From: Candidatus Woesearchaeota archaeon
Lineage (GTDB): Archaea; Nanobdellota; Nanobdellia; Pacearchaeales; GW2011-AR1
Direction of reading: 5' to 3'
Length of the DNA stretch: 64,000 nt
NCBI GenBank assembly: GCA_964623495.1
Contig: CAZUTV010000001.1
Location: 116,454-180,453 of the forward strand
In this document: piece after piece, positions 38,336 through 47,435 of the stretch
How the letters are laid out: each line of letters begins with the position of its first letter
How positions within the stretch are numbered: the stretch's first letter is position 1
The notes under the pieces: model-generated
Told to the model about the DNA's origin: nothing
The model's input: only the letters and a program-made list of their open reading frames with translations
Databases searched by the model: none
Translations under genes and position numbers: made by a program

Positions 38336-40240
38336 TTATATATCCAAATTTGCTTCTTTTGCATTTTCATGTATGAAGTCTTTTCTTGCCTGAACATCAT
38401 CTCCCATTAACATTGAAAAAACCCTGTCTGCCTCAATTGCATCTTCAATGAATATTTTCTTGATTTTTCTTGACTTTGGATTCATGGTTGTCTCCCACAA
38501 TTGATCAACCCCCATCTCCCCCAATCCTTTAAACCGGGTAACGTTTGCATTGCTTCCAACTTTATCCATTATTTTTTTCAGCTCTTCATCAGAATAAACA
38601 TAAAAATCCTGGCCTTTTCTAACCCTAAATAAAGGGGGCATGGCTGCATAAATCCTTCCATTTTCAATTAGCTGAGGCATAAACCTAAAAAAGAAAGTCA
38701 ACAACAGGGTCTTGATATGTTCTCCATCAACATCGGCATCTGTCATAATTACAACCTTTCCGTACCTTAACTTTGAGAGATCAAATTGCTCCCCAACACC
38801 GGTTCCAACAGCAGTAATCATATTCGTTATCTCTTCGCTGGAGAAAACCTTTGAAGGATTCGCCTTTTCAACATTCAAAATCTTTCCTTTTAATGGAAGA
38901 ACTGCTTGGACTTCTTTGTTTCTTGATTGCTTTGCGCTTCCTCCAGCACTATCCCCTTCAACAATGTATAACTCAGTATCATCTGTTTTATTGCTTGAGC
39001 AGTCAGCGAGCTTTCCCGGCAACCCTCCAAGCGAAAAAGCGCTCTTTCTTCTAACAAGCTCTTTTGCTTTTTTAGCTGCAAGCCTTGCTTTAGCAGCTTC
39101 CATCACTTTAGCAGCAATCCTTTTTGCAATCGGCGGGTTTTCCTCAAAAAATTCAGATAAAGCGCTGGTAACAATGCTCTCCACCTGGCCTTTAACCTCA
39201 GAATTTCCGAGCTTGGTCTTAGTCTGCCCTTCAAACTGAGGATCAGGAATTTTAATGCTTATAATTGCAGTAATGCCCTCCCGAGTATCATCTCCAGAAA
39301 GATCAATCTCTTTTCCGTTTCCGGTTTTCTTAATATAATCATTAACAACTCTTGTCAAAGCGCTCTTAAACCCAGAAACATGGGTTCCGCCCTCAACAGT
39401 ATTTATAGTGTTAACAAATCCAAAGATATTTTCCTGATATCCAGAATTATATTGAATGGCAACATCAATTACAACCCCGCTAATCTCTCTTTTAAAATAA
39501 ATAGGTTTGTGCAAGACTTCCTTACTTTTATTCATCCACTTAACAAACTCTATTAATCCTCCTTCAGCCAAAAACTCTTCTTTCTTGTTTTTTCCTTCAT
39601 CAACAAGGATTATTTTCAGGCCAGCATTAAGAAAAGTTATCTCTCTAAACCTGGTTTCAAGAACTTTGTAGTCAAAATCAGTAACTGAAAAAATCTCTGG
39701 ATCAGGCCAGAAAGTCACAGTAGTTCCGCTATCCTCTTCTTTGCATTTCCCAACAACCTCTAGTTTTGTTTTTTTGTCGCCCCTAGAATACTCTTGCCTG
39801 TAAACCTTTCCCTCTTTCCTTACTTCAATTATAAGTTTTTTTGAAAGCGCATTAACAACACTAACTCCCACACCATGTAAACCTCCAGAAATTTGATAAG
39901 ATTTCCTGTCAAATTTCCCTCCAGCATGCAATTTAGTTAAAGCCAGTTCAAGTGCAGGAACCTTATAAGTGGGATGTATATCTACCGGAATGCCTCTTCC
40001 ATCATCAACTACTGTAACAGATCCATCCTTATTGATAGTTACATAAATTACCTTACAATAACCTGCCAAAGCCTCATCAACACTATTGTCCACTACTTCA
40101 TACACAAGATGGTGTAGCCCATCTTTACCAGTACCCCCGATATACATTGCAGGCCTCATTCTAACCCCTTCAAGGCCTTCCAGTACCTTTATTGATTCTG
40201 CTCCGTATTTTGATTTTTCTGCAGCCATTTTGCAACTCAT
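38336..40240 (-). CDS. gyrB: DNA gyrase subunit B
   Basis: VRMRPAMYIG, EVVDNSVDE, DDGRGIP, GGLHGVG, EGDSAGG, MTDADVDG. Confidence 0.96.
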   Translation of the reverse strand: MSCKMAAEKSKYGAESIKVLEGLEGVRMRPAMYIGGTGKDGLHHLVYEVVDNSVDEALAGYCKVIYVTINKDGSVTVVDDGRGIPVDIHPTYKVPALELALTKLHAGGKFDRKSYQISGGLHGVGVSVVNALSKKLIIEVRKEGKVYRQEYSRGDKKTKLEVVGKCKEEDSGTTVTFWPDPEIFSVTDFDYKVLETRFREITFLNAGLKIILVDEGKNKKEEFLAEGGLIEFVKWMNKSKEVLHKPIYFKREISGVVIDVAIQYNSGYQENIFGFVNTINTVEGGTHVSGFKSALTRVVNDYIKKTGNGKEIDLSGDDTREGITAIISIKIPDPQFEGQTKTKLGNSEVKGQVESIVTSALSEFFEENPPIAKRIAAKVMEAAKARLAAKKAKELVRRKSAFSLGGLPGKLADCSSNKTDDTELYIVEGDSAGGSAKQSRNKEVQAVLPLKGKILNVEKANPSKVFSSEEITNMITAVGTGVGEQFDLSKLRYGKVVIMTDADVDGEHIKTLLLTFFFRFMPQLIENGRIYAAMPPLFRVRKGQDFYVYSDEELKKIMDKVGSNANVTRFKGLGEMGVDQLWETTMNPKSRKIKKIFIEDAIEADRVFSMLMGDDVQARKDFIHENAKEANLDI

Positions 40241-40505
40241 TTAGCTCCGACTAAGGGTAATTCAACAAAAATTTACCCTAAAAATCGTAAATTTATACTT
40301 ATTTTAAGGTATAATCCTTTATAAACCTTACCCCTTTAAAAAGGTGTTTTATCGACGATAAAACAAAGGAAAATAAAGGCAAAAAAACTAGAATAAAAAT
40401 ATTTATAAAACCTCATTTTAACTCTAAAGTATGGACAAAAATTTGGATATTTTACAGATAACCTAGTATCCAAATTTAAATAAATGTTAAGATATAAAAG
40501 CTAAG

Positions 40506-40826
40506 ATGGTAAAAAAAGGAAGCATAATTTTAATGCTAATAGTCTTAGGAATAATCCTACTAATCTTATCTTTAAACATGCCTAATTTATCATTAACCTC
40601 CCTCTCAATCTCCTCTACAGAGGCAAATATTCTACAAGAATCAGTCAATCTTCATGCCTGGACAAAGGCAATTTGCAACAAAGACAATTTCTGCCAGGAT
40701 TATTTAATAGAGTGCAATGATCAGGAAACGCTAAAAATAACTCCCATAGCAGGCTCTATGGCGCAATTCGATGCCTCATGGCAAGACCCCAGAACATTAG
40801 AGCAAAGAGAAAGATTGTGCGGATGA
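40506..40826 (+). CDS. small secreted/membrane Cys-containing protein
   Basis: Signal-like N-terminus, WTKAIC..CQD..IEC. Confidence 0.7.
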   Translation: MVKKGSIILMLIVLGIILLILSLNMPNLSLTSLSISSTEANILQESVNLHAWTKAICNKDNFCQDYLIECNDQETLKITPIAGSMAQFDASWQDPRTLEQRERLCG

Positions 40827-41003
40827 TTACTTACTAGAAGTCGCTTTCTTTCCTTTAATAACCCATCTAACTTTTCTCTTTCTTGAAAGCATTGTCTTCC
40901 TGCATTTTGAAGAGCATAAATAGTTAATGCTTCCGTCATTCTTGACCAGAGTGACTCCTTTAGGAAATTCATACATTTTCCCGCAAAAAACACATTTAGG
41001 CAT
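40827..41003 (-). CDS. rpl24e: 50S ribosomal protein L24e
   Basis: CVFCG...PKG...VKNDG....LCSSKC; ATG 41003. Confidence 0.92.
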   Translation of the reverse strand: MPKCVFCGKMYEFPKGVTLVKNDGSINYLCSSKCRKTMLSRKRKVRWVIKGKKATSSK

Positions 41004-41004
41004 T

Positions 41005-41214
41005 TTAAGATCTCCTCTTAACTTCCAGATAATATATCCCAGGATATTGCTTACTTGTGAGTACGTCCCTAACAAAATAACCTGGAGGAACCCTTGTCCT
41101 TATCCCTGCAATAAACTCCTCAGGATTATTTCTTCCATTAGTATCAATCTCTATAGTTGCTGAACTAATGCTCCCATCAAATCCTTGAAAAAAATCTCCA
41201 AGATCGGTAGCCAT
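41005..41214 (-). CDS. hypothetical protein inside the r-protein cluster
   Basis: 69-aa ORF spaced 1 bp from each neighbour. Confidence 0.65.
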   Translation of the reverse strand: MATDLGDFFQGFDGSISSATIEIDTNGRNNPEEFIAGIRTRVPPGYFVRDVLTSKQYPGIYYLEVKRRS

Positions 41215-41215
41215 T

Positions 41216-41515
41216 TTATGTGTACGCCCCCTTACTTACTTGGCTTTTAATTCTTCTTGCCTCAATTTCTGTTTCTCTAAGCATCAAAACGTCTCCAATT
41301 CTTACAGGCCCCTTAACATTTCTCCTTATAGATCTTCCCTCATCTTTTCCGGCCTGCACAAGGCATCTTACTTGAGTTATTTCTCCCCTAAATCCTGTTC
41401 TCCCAACAAGCTCTTCAACAACAGCTGGAACAACCTCTCCTAAAATCTTATCACTTCCTCTAGAACCTCCAGATTGTTTTTGTTGCTGGGGTTTTTGTTG
41501 TTGTGTCTTAGCCAT
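41216..41515 (-). CDS. rps28e: 30S ribosomal protein S28e
   Basis: [14 protein letters not shown]...[19 protein letters not shown]. Confidence 0.94.
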   Translation of the reverse strand: MAKTQQQKPQQQKQSGGSRGSDKILGEVVPAVVEELVGRTGFRGEITQVRCLVQAGKDEGRSIRRNVKGPVRIGDVLMLRETEIEARRIKSQVSKGAYT

Positions 41516-41523
41516 TTTAAGAA

Positions 41524-41826
41524 TTATTTCAAGCTAGCAATATCTTTGTCTGCATCTCCCGGACTAATTACAGCAATTGAAGAAGCTGCAACTTGCAATC
41601 CTGCAGCAATTCCTAGCTTATTTTTATTATCAACTTCCTTGCAAGGTATTTTCTTCTCCTTGCACAAAACAGGCAGATGCTGGACAACTTCTTTTGGTTC
41701 AACATCAGAAGCGTAGACAACTAATTTTGCAGTGCCTCTTTCTATAGCTTTAGTAACTTCGTTGGTTCCTTTCTCTATCTTTCCTGTTTTTCTTGCTTTC
41801 TCTATTATAGAATATATGTCTGCCAT
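41524..41826 (-). CDS. rpl7ae: 50S ribosomal protein L7Ae
   Basis: [31 protein letters not shown]. Confidence 0.95.
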   Translation of the reverse strand: MADIYSIIEKARKTGKIEKGTNEVTKAIERGTAKLVVYASDVEPKEVVQHLPVLCKEKKIPCKEVDNKNKLGIAAGLQVAASSIAVISPGDADKDIASLK

Positions 41827-41842
41827 GTTAAAACCTAATCTG

Positions 41843-41869
41843 TTTTTGGAACCTTTTTTAAAAGATTCG
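41843..41869 (-). repeat. AACCTTT-AAAGGTT palindromic repeat, degenerate copy in rpl7ae leader
   Basis: Sense strand GAATCTTTTAAAAAAGGTTCCAAAAA. Confidence 0.5.
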
Positions 41870-41882
41870 TTGTCTAGAACGA

Positions 41883-41924
41883 AATTTAATCTTCATCTGA
41901 ACATTTTCGCTCATCAGACAAATT
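41883..41924 (-). promoter_or_regulatory. kink-turn in the rpl7ae 5' leader (L7Ae autoregulation site)
   Basis: UCU-GA-UGAGC...GUUCA-GAU-GA-AGA: C helix, 3-nt bulge, tandem G.A pairs, NC helix; TATA at 41941-41948. Confidence 0.8.
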
Positions 41925-42017
41925 AAGATGAAAAAGTTAATTTATAAAGCTTTCTACAAAATTTATCTCCATCTAACATCAACTTAATCTGTGCGTTCTC
42001 CCGGAGACCTTCTAGGT

Positions 42018-43088
42018 CTACGCAGAACTGACTTTCCATGTCACGTTAACTTGGTCGGTTCTCTCTCTTGGTTTTATATCCAAACTCTGAATTTCTTTTC
42101 CCTTGAATTTTATCCCAGCCCTGAACATGATCTCTCCAAGATAAGCAATCATGGCTCCATTGTCAACAAGTAAAGGCTTCTCAGGAACAAACATCTTTGC
42201 CTCTCTTTCTGCACACATAATTTTGCTCATCTCCTGAAGTCTTGCATTGCATGCAACCCCTCCCCCAAGAACAAGCTCTTTCTTCCCAACATGAGCTAAA
42301 GCTCTTTCAGAAACCTCCACCAGCATTGGAAAAACAGTTTCCTGCATGCTAAAAGCAAGATCTTTCCTATTATAATTAAGTAAAAGTTTATTCTTATCTG
42401 AATTAACAACACTTTTAAGAAACCTTAGTTCATCTTTAGGCATCTGCTCAATTTTTTCAATCTTCTGTTTCAAATTAGTTAATATCCCACTAAGCGCAAT
42501 ATCCATTCCCTTTACAGTGTAAGGCAATTCAATATAATTTTTTCCTTGCAAAGCTAGCTGTTCTACCTTAGGTCCTCCTGGAAAACCCAAACCCAGATAC
42601 CTAGCAAAAGTGTCAATAAAATTTCCAACACCAAGATCCAGGGTCTCTCCAAAAATCCTATACCTGCCACTTACATAAGCAATTATCTGTGTATTGGCCC
42701 CAGACGCATACAAAAGCACAGGATCTCTTGCCCCTGTGATTCTTCCTATCTCTAAATGTGCTATGCAATGATTCACAGGTACAACCGGGACACTCAATTT
42801 CTTGCTCCACTCTTTCATTTTTCTTAATCCAACCAACAAACACGGACTTAACCCTGGCCCTTGTGAAAAAGCAATTCCTTGAATTTCCTTTTCATTAATC
42901 CCTGCTTCAGCTAGGGCTTTAAAATAAATCTCCTCGGCAACTCCCTCATGATGCTTTGCTGACTCTGTAGGAATTATCCCTCCACTTTCAGTAGAATACA
43001 TATCTCTAACATTACTAAGTATCTTGCCATTCTTAACCACCCCGATTCCAAAAGTATGTGCTGTGGATTCAATCCCTAAAACTATCAT
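42018..43088 (-). CDS. kae1: tRNA t6A threonylcarbamoyltransferase Kae1
   Basis: LGIESTAHT, SQGPG, VNHCIAHLE, SGANTQ, GGVACN, DNGAMIA. Confidence 0.95.
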   Translation of the reverse strand: MIVLGIESTAHTFGIGVVKNGKILSNVRDMYSTESGGIIPTESAKHHEGVAEEIYFKALAEAGINEKEIQGIAFSQGPGLSPCLLVGLRKMKEWSKKLSVPVVPVNHCIAHLEIGRITGARDPVLLYASGANTQIIAYVSGRYRIFGETLDLGVGNFIDTFARYLGLGFPGGPKVEQLALQGKNYIELPYTVKGMDIALSGILTNLKQKIEKIEQMPKDELRFLKSVVNSDKNKLLLNYNRKDLAFSMQETVFPMLVEVSERALAHVGKKELVLGGGVACNARLQEMSKIMCAEREAKMFVPEKPLLVDNGAMIAYLGEIMFRAGIKFKGKEIQSLDIKPRERTDQVNVTWKVSSA

Positions 43089-43804
43089 CTCAATCTCTCA
43101 TATTCCTCTTTAGTTCCAATATCAAACCACCACCCATCAAACTTGTAAGCATAAACGCTCTTCTTATCAACTAAATAATTCACTAAATGCCCCGGCCCTT
43201 CTTTTAATCCCCTATTCAGACATTCGTCGATGTGCTTTAAATCATCTGCTTTAAAGATATAAATTCCGGTTGAAGCCAGATTTGATCTTGGAATCTCCGG
43301 CTTTTCCTCAAAATTAAGTATTTTGTTATTATCATCTACAGAAACAACCCCAAAATTCCGTATTCTGTCTTTATCCAGCTGAATGACTCCCAAGCAAGTG
43401 TCCGCAATTTGCTTGTAAAAATGAACAAGATTCCTCAAATCAAAATTAAAATAATTATCTCCTAAAAGGACTAAAACATCCTCCTCAATCTTCCGAGCTT
43501 CCAGTGCAAATTTTAAGTCTCCTAATCCTCCCAACCTACTCTCGTTATTATTTGTTCCGTCATTTAATATTTCTATTTTGTCCTTTATCCTTAAATCTAA
43601 ATTTTGAAGCCACCAAACAAATGGATAGTAAAATTTGTCATTAGTAACTATAATTATCTCATCAATATCTTCAAGATCTCTTAACTTCTTTATGATATTA
43701 TTAAGCAGGGGTTCTCCTCTAATCGGAAGCAGAGACTTCGGTTTGGCCAGAGTCAGAGGATAAAGCCGGGTAGCGTAGCCTGCACAGAGAATAATGCATT
43801 TCAT
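43085..43804 (-). CDS. sugar-phosphate nucleotidyltransferase family protein
   Basis: ILCAGYATRLYPLT...PKSLLP, GDN, EEKP, WFDIGT. Confidence 0.9.
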   Translation of the reverse strand: MKCIILCAGYATRLYPLTLAKPKSLLPIRGEPLLNNIIKKLRDLEDIDEIIIVTNDKFYYPFVWWLQNLDLRIKDKIEILNDGTNNNESRLGGLGDLKFALEARKIEEDVLVLLGDNYFNFDLRNLVHFYKQIADTCLGVIQLDKDRIRNFGVVSVDDNNKILNFEEKPEIPRSNLASTGIYIFKADDLKHIDECLNRGLKEGPGHLVNYLVDKKSVYAYKFDGWWFDIGTKEEYERLR

Positions 43805-43834
43805 GTCTAATAAACAAGCAAGAAGTATATAAAA

Positions 43835-44119
43835 CTAACCAACATACTCCCTAGCAAGGGTGTACTTTACCCCTCCAAGCTCGAATATCGCTACAGTTGC
43901 ATTTCTTATATCCCTAGGCCTAAATAAAGAATGGGCATACCAAGGCTCATTAACAAAAAGCCTTGCTTTTCTTGGGAGTCGGAATTTTATCTGTTTGCTT
44001 TCTTCTTCAGTGGCATATCTGGCGCTTATTAATATTCCTCCTTCATTGGTTGATGCCTGGATAGCCAAAGGAGACTGAACAATTATTTTTCCTTCAATTA
44101 CTACAGTATTTAAACTCAT
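43835..44119 (-). CDS. hypothetical protein
   Basis: 94-aa ORF with TATA upstream. Confidence 0.55.
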   Translation of the reverse strand: MSLNTVVIEGKIIVQSPLAIQASTNEGGILISARYATEEESKQIKFRLPRKARLFVNEPWYAHSLFRPRDIRNATVAIFELGGVKYTLAREYVG

Positions 44120-44219
44120 AAGAAACTTAAAAAAAGTTTACTTATAAACATTTATATAATAAAATGTAAAATCAGAATAATTAACTAAAAATAGATAAAA
44201 AAATAAAAAATATTAAGGC

Positions 44220-44348
44220 TTATCTTTTCTTTTTCTTCTTCTTTCCGCCTCTAGCCATCTTTGCTTCGCATACATTTCCCTTAGCATCTACATAGTAAAG
44301 ATAACCTTTCTTCCTCTTAACAACATTTTTTGCGATAACGCTTCCCAT
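44220..44348 (-). CDS. 42-aa basic protein, Cc1-like chromatin protein candidate (absent from ORF track)
   Basis: MGSVIAKNVVKRKKGYLYYVDAKGNVCEAKMARGGKKKKKKR; strong AGGAGGTG SD. Confidence 0.7.
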   Translation of the reverse strand: MGSVIAKNVVKRKKGYLYYVDAKGNVCEAKMARGGKKKKKKR

Positions 44349-44411
44349 ATCACACCTCCTTTTTAAAAATTATATACTATAAAACCAAAAAGTCTTTTTA
44401 AATCTTTCTAG

Positions 44412-44756
44412 TCACCGTCGAGGTCGACACAAAAGCCCAATTTCTTTCTTATATTTATTGTTGATGGGGATCTCAACAAGTTTTTGAAATGGTTTTTTTG
44501 GAAAAATGGCAAACCTAAACGGCTTAATTGCCTGGACATCTAAGACTTTGCTTTTAGCGTCGAGCCAGATAGCCACAAAAGGGAAAAAAACAAACAAAGA
44601 AGTTATTGCTTCCCGAGTCTCTCGCTTAAAATCAAACAACAAAGCACTTGTATTTCTAGATTTAAACATCAAACCTATGGCAAAATTCGTGCAAGGCTTC
44701 AAATTCATCGTAATTTTTCTCCCTTTATAAACAAAAGAAATCCTCTTTTTCTCCAT
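44412..44756 (-). CDS. DUF192-like protein
   Basis: GLMF...LLFDF.....I.S.FVFFP..AIWLD...VE.P. Confidence 0.7.
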   Translation of the reverse strand: MEKKRISFVYKGRKITMNLKPCTNFAIGLMFKSRNTSALLFDFKRETREAITSLFVFFPFVAIWLDAKSKVLDVQAIKPFRFAIFPKKPFQKLVEIPINNKYKKEIGLLCRPRR

Positions 44757-44785
44757 CTGTAAAAAAAGACAAATCACTATATAAA

Positions 44786-45514
44786 TTATTTGTGAACTCC
44801 TATTAATCCAGAAAACATTATTGCAGCACTATGATCAAAAAATGGATAAACCCTAATGTCTTTTTCATCAGCAGGCATACCTTTTAAAGTTCTCTCTAGC
44901 TCCCTTCCATGTGGGTGATATCTTATCATCAAATCACTCGTTCCGAATCTTCCTACAACCCTCTCAGCACTAACACCTTTAAGGTTTTCCACAGGAGCAA
45001 ACTCGCTAAGAACTTGCTCATATTCATAAACATCTAACCCAGAAGCCTGTGCAATATGTGAGGTTGCAATGCTATCCCAAGCAGAAAAGCCTAATCTCGA
45101 GCCTCCGACAATAGAAACCAGATCTTTAACTTTTTTTCCGGGAAGAATACTTGCACACCTAACAGACAATACATTCCCTATACTAACCCCCAAAACACTT
45201 ATCTGTCTGTATTGATCTAAATCTTGATTAATCATAGTAGCAGCATCTTCATAGATTTCTCTTAGATTATCTCTAGTTTGCTCAGCATTAGGAACAACTA
45301 GGTTAACATAAGAAACTCTGTAAGAAACAACTTTCCCACCACTAGGCAATATTCCATTTCTAACTCTTTCATTATCTAAAACCATCCTAGGAACAAAACA
45401 ATACCAAACATGGCTAGGATCTCCAAGATATTCTATTTGAGGTTTCCAATCAACTTCTTCATGAGTTACTCCTTTCTTTTTGCTAACATACAATCTATCT
45501 AAAATTCCAAACAT
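44786..45514 (-). CDS. alpha/beta-hydrolase-like protein
   Basis: LGVSIG nucleophile elbow, G.SD and C-terminal DH. Confidence 0.55.
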   Translation of the reverse strand: MFGILDRLYVSKKKGVTHEEVDWKPQIEYLGDPSHVWYCFVPRMVLDNERVRNGILPSGGKVVSYRVSYVNLVVPNAEQTRDNLREIYEDAATMINQDLDQYRQISVLGVSIGNVLSVRCASILPGKKVKDLVSIVGGSRLGFSAWDSIATSHIAQASGLDVYEYEQVLSEFAPVENLKGVSAERVVGRFGTSDLMIRYHPHGRELERTLKGMPADEKDIRVYPFFDHSAAIMFSGLIGVHK

Positions 45515-45554
45515 AAATCCAGGAAAAAAACATGATTTAAAAGGTTAATTATGT

Positions 45555-45959
45555 TTAAAACCAACTCTTTTTTCTTTCATTTTCGTCTTTTCCATACTTC
45601 AGTTTTCTATACTCCTTGTAATGCATATTAATGTTCTTCTCGCAGACAAAATCATGGTGCTTGAATCCTCCCCCAAAACTTTTCGGGATGTGCATCAATT
45701 CATGAATAATAACTTTGATTTTTTCCTCATCGCTGAGCTTGTCAAATCTTTCATGAATAAATTCAAGAGCATAATAGGCAGGAACTCCTATTGCTCTCTG
45801 CATAAGCTTTCCAAGAGCGTGGCATCTTGCAATTGTTCCTCGAGAGCTAGAACCATAGCTTCTAAAGCATTTCATTCTCTCAATCTTTACATGGGGATAA
45901 AGCATTCTTGAGATTTCGTCTGCAATTACCTGTATGTCTGGTGCTGGCTCGTATCTCAT
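45555..45959 (-). CDS. putative small zinc metallopeptidase
   Basis: FDKLS.EEK..VIIHELMHIP. Confidence 0.75.
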   Translation of the reverse strand: MRYEPAPDIQVIADEISRMLYPHVKIERMKCFRSYGSSSRGTIARCHALGKLMQRAIGVPAYYALEFIHERFDKLSDEEKIKVIIHELMHIPKSFGGGFKHHDFVCEKNINMHYKEYRKLKYGKDENERKKSWF

Positions 45960-46327
45960 TTTATCTCTCCCTTAAATTCCCAGAAATTTAATTTTCCCTT
46001 AGCAGGAATCAAGTCAAGTCTTTTAACATTGCTAAGGACAAAACCATAACTTCCAAAGTCAGAATTAGCCAAATGCAGATTTTGATCTTTAAAAAAGTCT
46101 AGATCATTAACATATTTCTTAACATCTACTAGATTTGCTTTTCCAACTATAGACCCTAGAGGTAAATCATTAAAGCCAAATTTTCTCATAGCAGTTTTAT
46201 CAGGAATTAATGAAGAATGGATCAAAAACTCCCCCCTAAAATTAGTGTTCCACTTTCTAAGCTCAATTTTCTTCCTTCCTTGCAGTATCAACTCAGCGTA
46301 TGGCTGTTTCAACGATAGCGCTTTCAT
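45956..46327 (-). CDS. ASCH domain protein
   Basis: ALSLKQPYA.LI..G.K.IE.R.W.T.FRG. Confidence 0.88.
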   Translation of the reverse strand: MKALSLKQPYAELILQGRKKIELRKWNTNFRGEFLIHSSLIPDKTAMRKFGFNDLPLGSIVGKANLVDVKKYVNDLDFFKDQNLHLANSDFGSYGFVLSNVKRLDLIPAKGKLNFWEFKGEIK

Positions 46328-46530
46328 AATACCTCCACAAGTTTATTCTTGGATGTAAATCCGGATTTTATCCTAACTTCTCTTTTAAAATATCTTTGTA
46401 GCAACTTACAAAGCTCGACATTTGCTTTATTGTCTTGTGCTTTAGATTTAACTTTAATCAAATAGCAACCGTTTTTATCTTCAATTCCTTGTTCCTTAGA
46501 ATTAGGTTTTACTTTAACTTTTAAGATCAT
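46324..46530 (-). CDS. DUF167 (UPF0235) protein
   Basis: VKVKPNSK...KAN.EL...L...I.SG.TS.NK. Confidence 0.85.
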   Translation of the reverse strand: MILKVKVKPNSKEQGIEDKNGCYLIKVKSKAQDNKANVELCKLLQRYFKREVRIKSGFTSKNKLVEVL

Positions 46531-47378
46531 TATCTTAATCCCCTTAAAACATTATCCGGGCTTAATTTAAGTAATTTATCAATAATTCTCTCATCAAAAA
46601 GCTCTTTTTCCTTAACAAAGCAGGAAACTCCGTCGAGCTTTCCTTCCTTTGATACGTACAAAGAATACGGGCATCTTGCCAGCTTTCCTGAGGGAGTTGC
46701 AGAAGAATCCAGTATAATCTCGTCTTTTATTCTTTCATGATGGGCCCTAACCTCTACGCCAATACTTTTTGTTACCTCCTTAGCCCATTTTGTTGTAAAA
46801 CTCCCTTCATTAAAAGAAAAATGCTTCTCATAAAAACTATGAGGAACTTTCTTGTTTAAAAGAAGATATAAATGAAAACTTCTTCCTGTCCAGACAATAA
46901 AAACCTTAAATTGAATTAATTTTTTTAGCTCTTTATCTGATTTTATCTTCTTAAAAAGTTCTCGGACAACAATCAGATACTTCCCATAGCTAACCTCTTT
47001 TCCTTTATCAATATCAATAAAAATCCTGTCAATGGGTTTTCCGTAACCTTCTCCATTGCATGCGTAATGCATCTCAACAAGCTTTCTTTGAACGAAGTAA
47101 TGCCAGACGAGAATTTCTTTGTCACTTAACTGATTTTTAACATCTGCCAAATCCTCTGCTTTCCTTAACTGTAAGAACTTATCGCTTATCTTTAAATCAT
47201 TAATAAACAAGGGCTGATCTTTACTTCCCCGTTTAACAACAAAATCAACATTATCCCCAATATAAGTTTTAGTTGCTACTTCTCTTTTTCCAATAAACTT
47301 CTTTATTTTAGGAAAAATCTTTCTGTAATAGCTCAGGCAGTCCAATTGTCCTGTTGAATGCAAAATGTCTTCTTTCAT
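46530..47378 (-). CDS. stand-alone archaeo-eukaryotic primase / LigD-type polymerase domain protein
   Basis: DRIFIDID (DxD), TGRSFHLY, LD...GKLARCPYS. Confidence 0.7.
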   Translation of the reverse strand: MKEDILHSTGQLDCLSYYRKIFPKIKKFIGKREVATKTYIGDNVDFVVKRGSKDQPLFINDLKISDKFLQLRKAEDLADVKNQLSDKEILVWHYFVQRKLVEMHYACNGEGYGKPIDRIFIDIDKGKEVSYGKYLIVVRELFKKIKSDKELKKLIQFKVFIVWTGRSFHLYLLLNKKVPHSFYEKHFSFNEGSFTTKWAKEVTKSIGVEVRAHHERIKDEIILDSSATPSGKLARCPYSLYVSKEGKLDGVSCFVKEKELFDERIIDKLLKLSPDNVLRGLR

Positions 47379-47435
47379 CTATTCTCCTCTTTTTAATTTT
47401 GTTTTTTGTATTTAAAATTTAAAGTGTAGAGAATT

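Noticed and set aside
42360..42460. Insertion in Kae1 as a possible intein or mobile element
   Set aside because: Only about 25 aa, no intein splice residues and no clear flanking repeats; probably a loop insertion.
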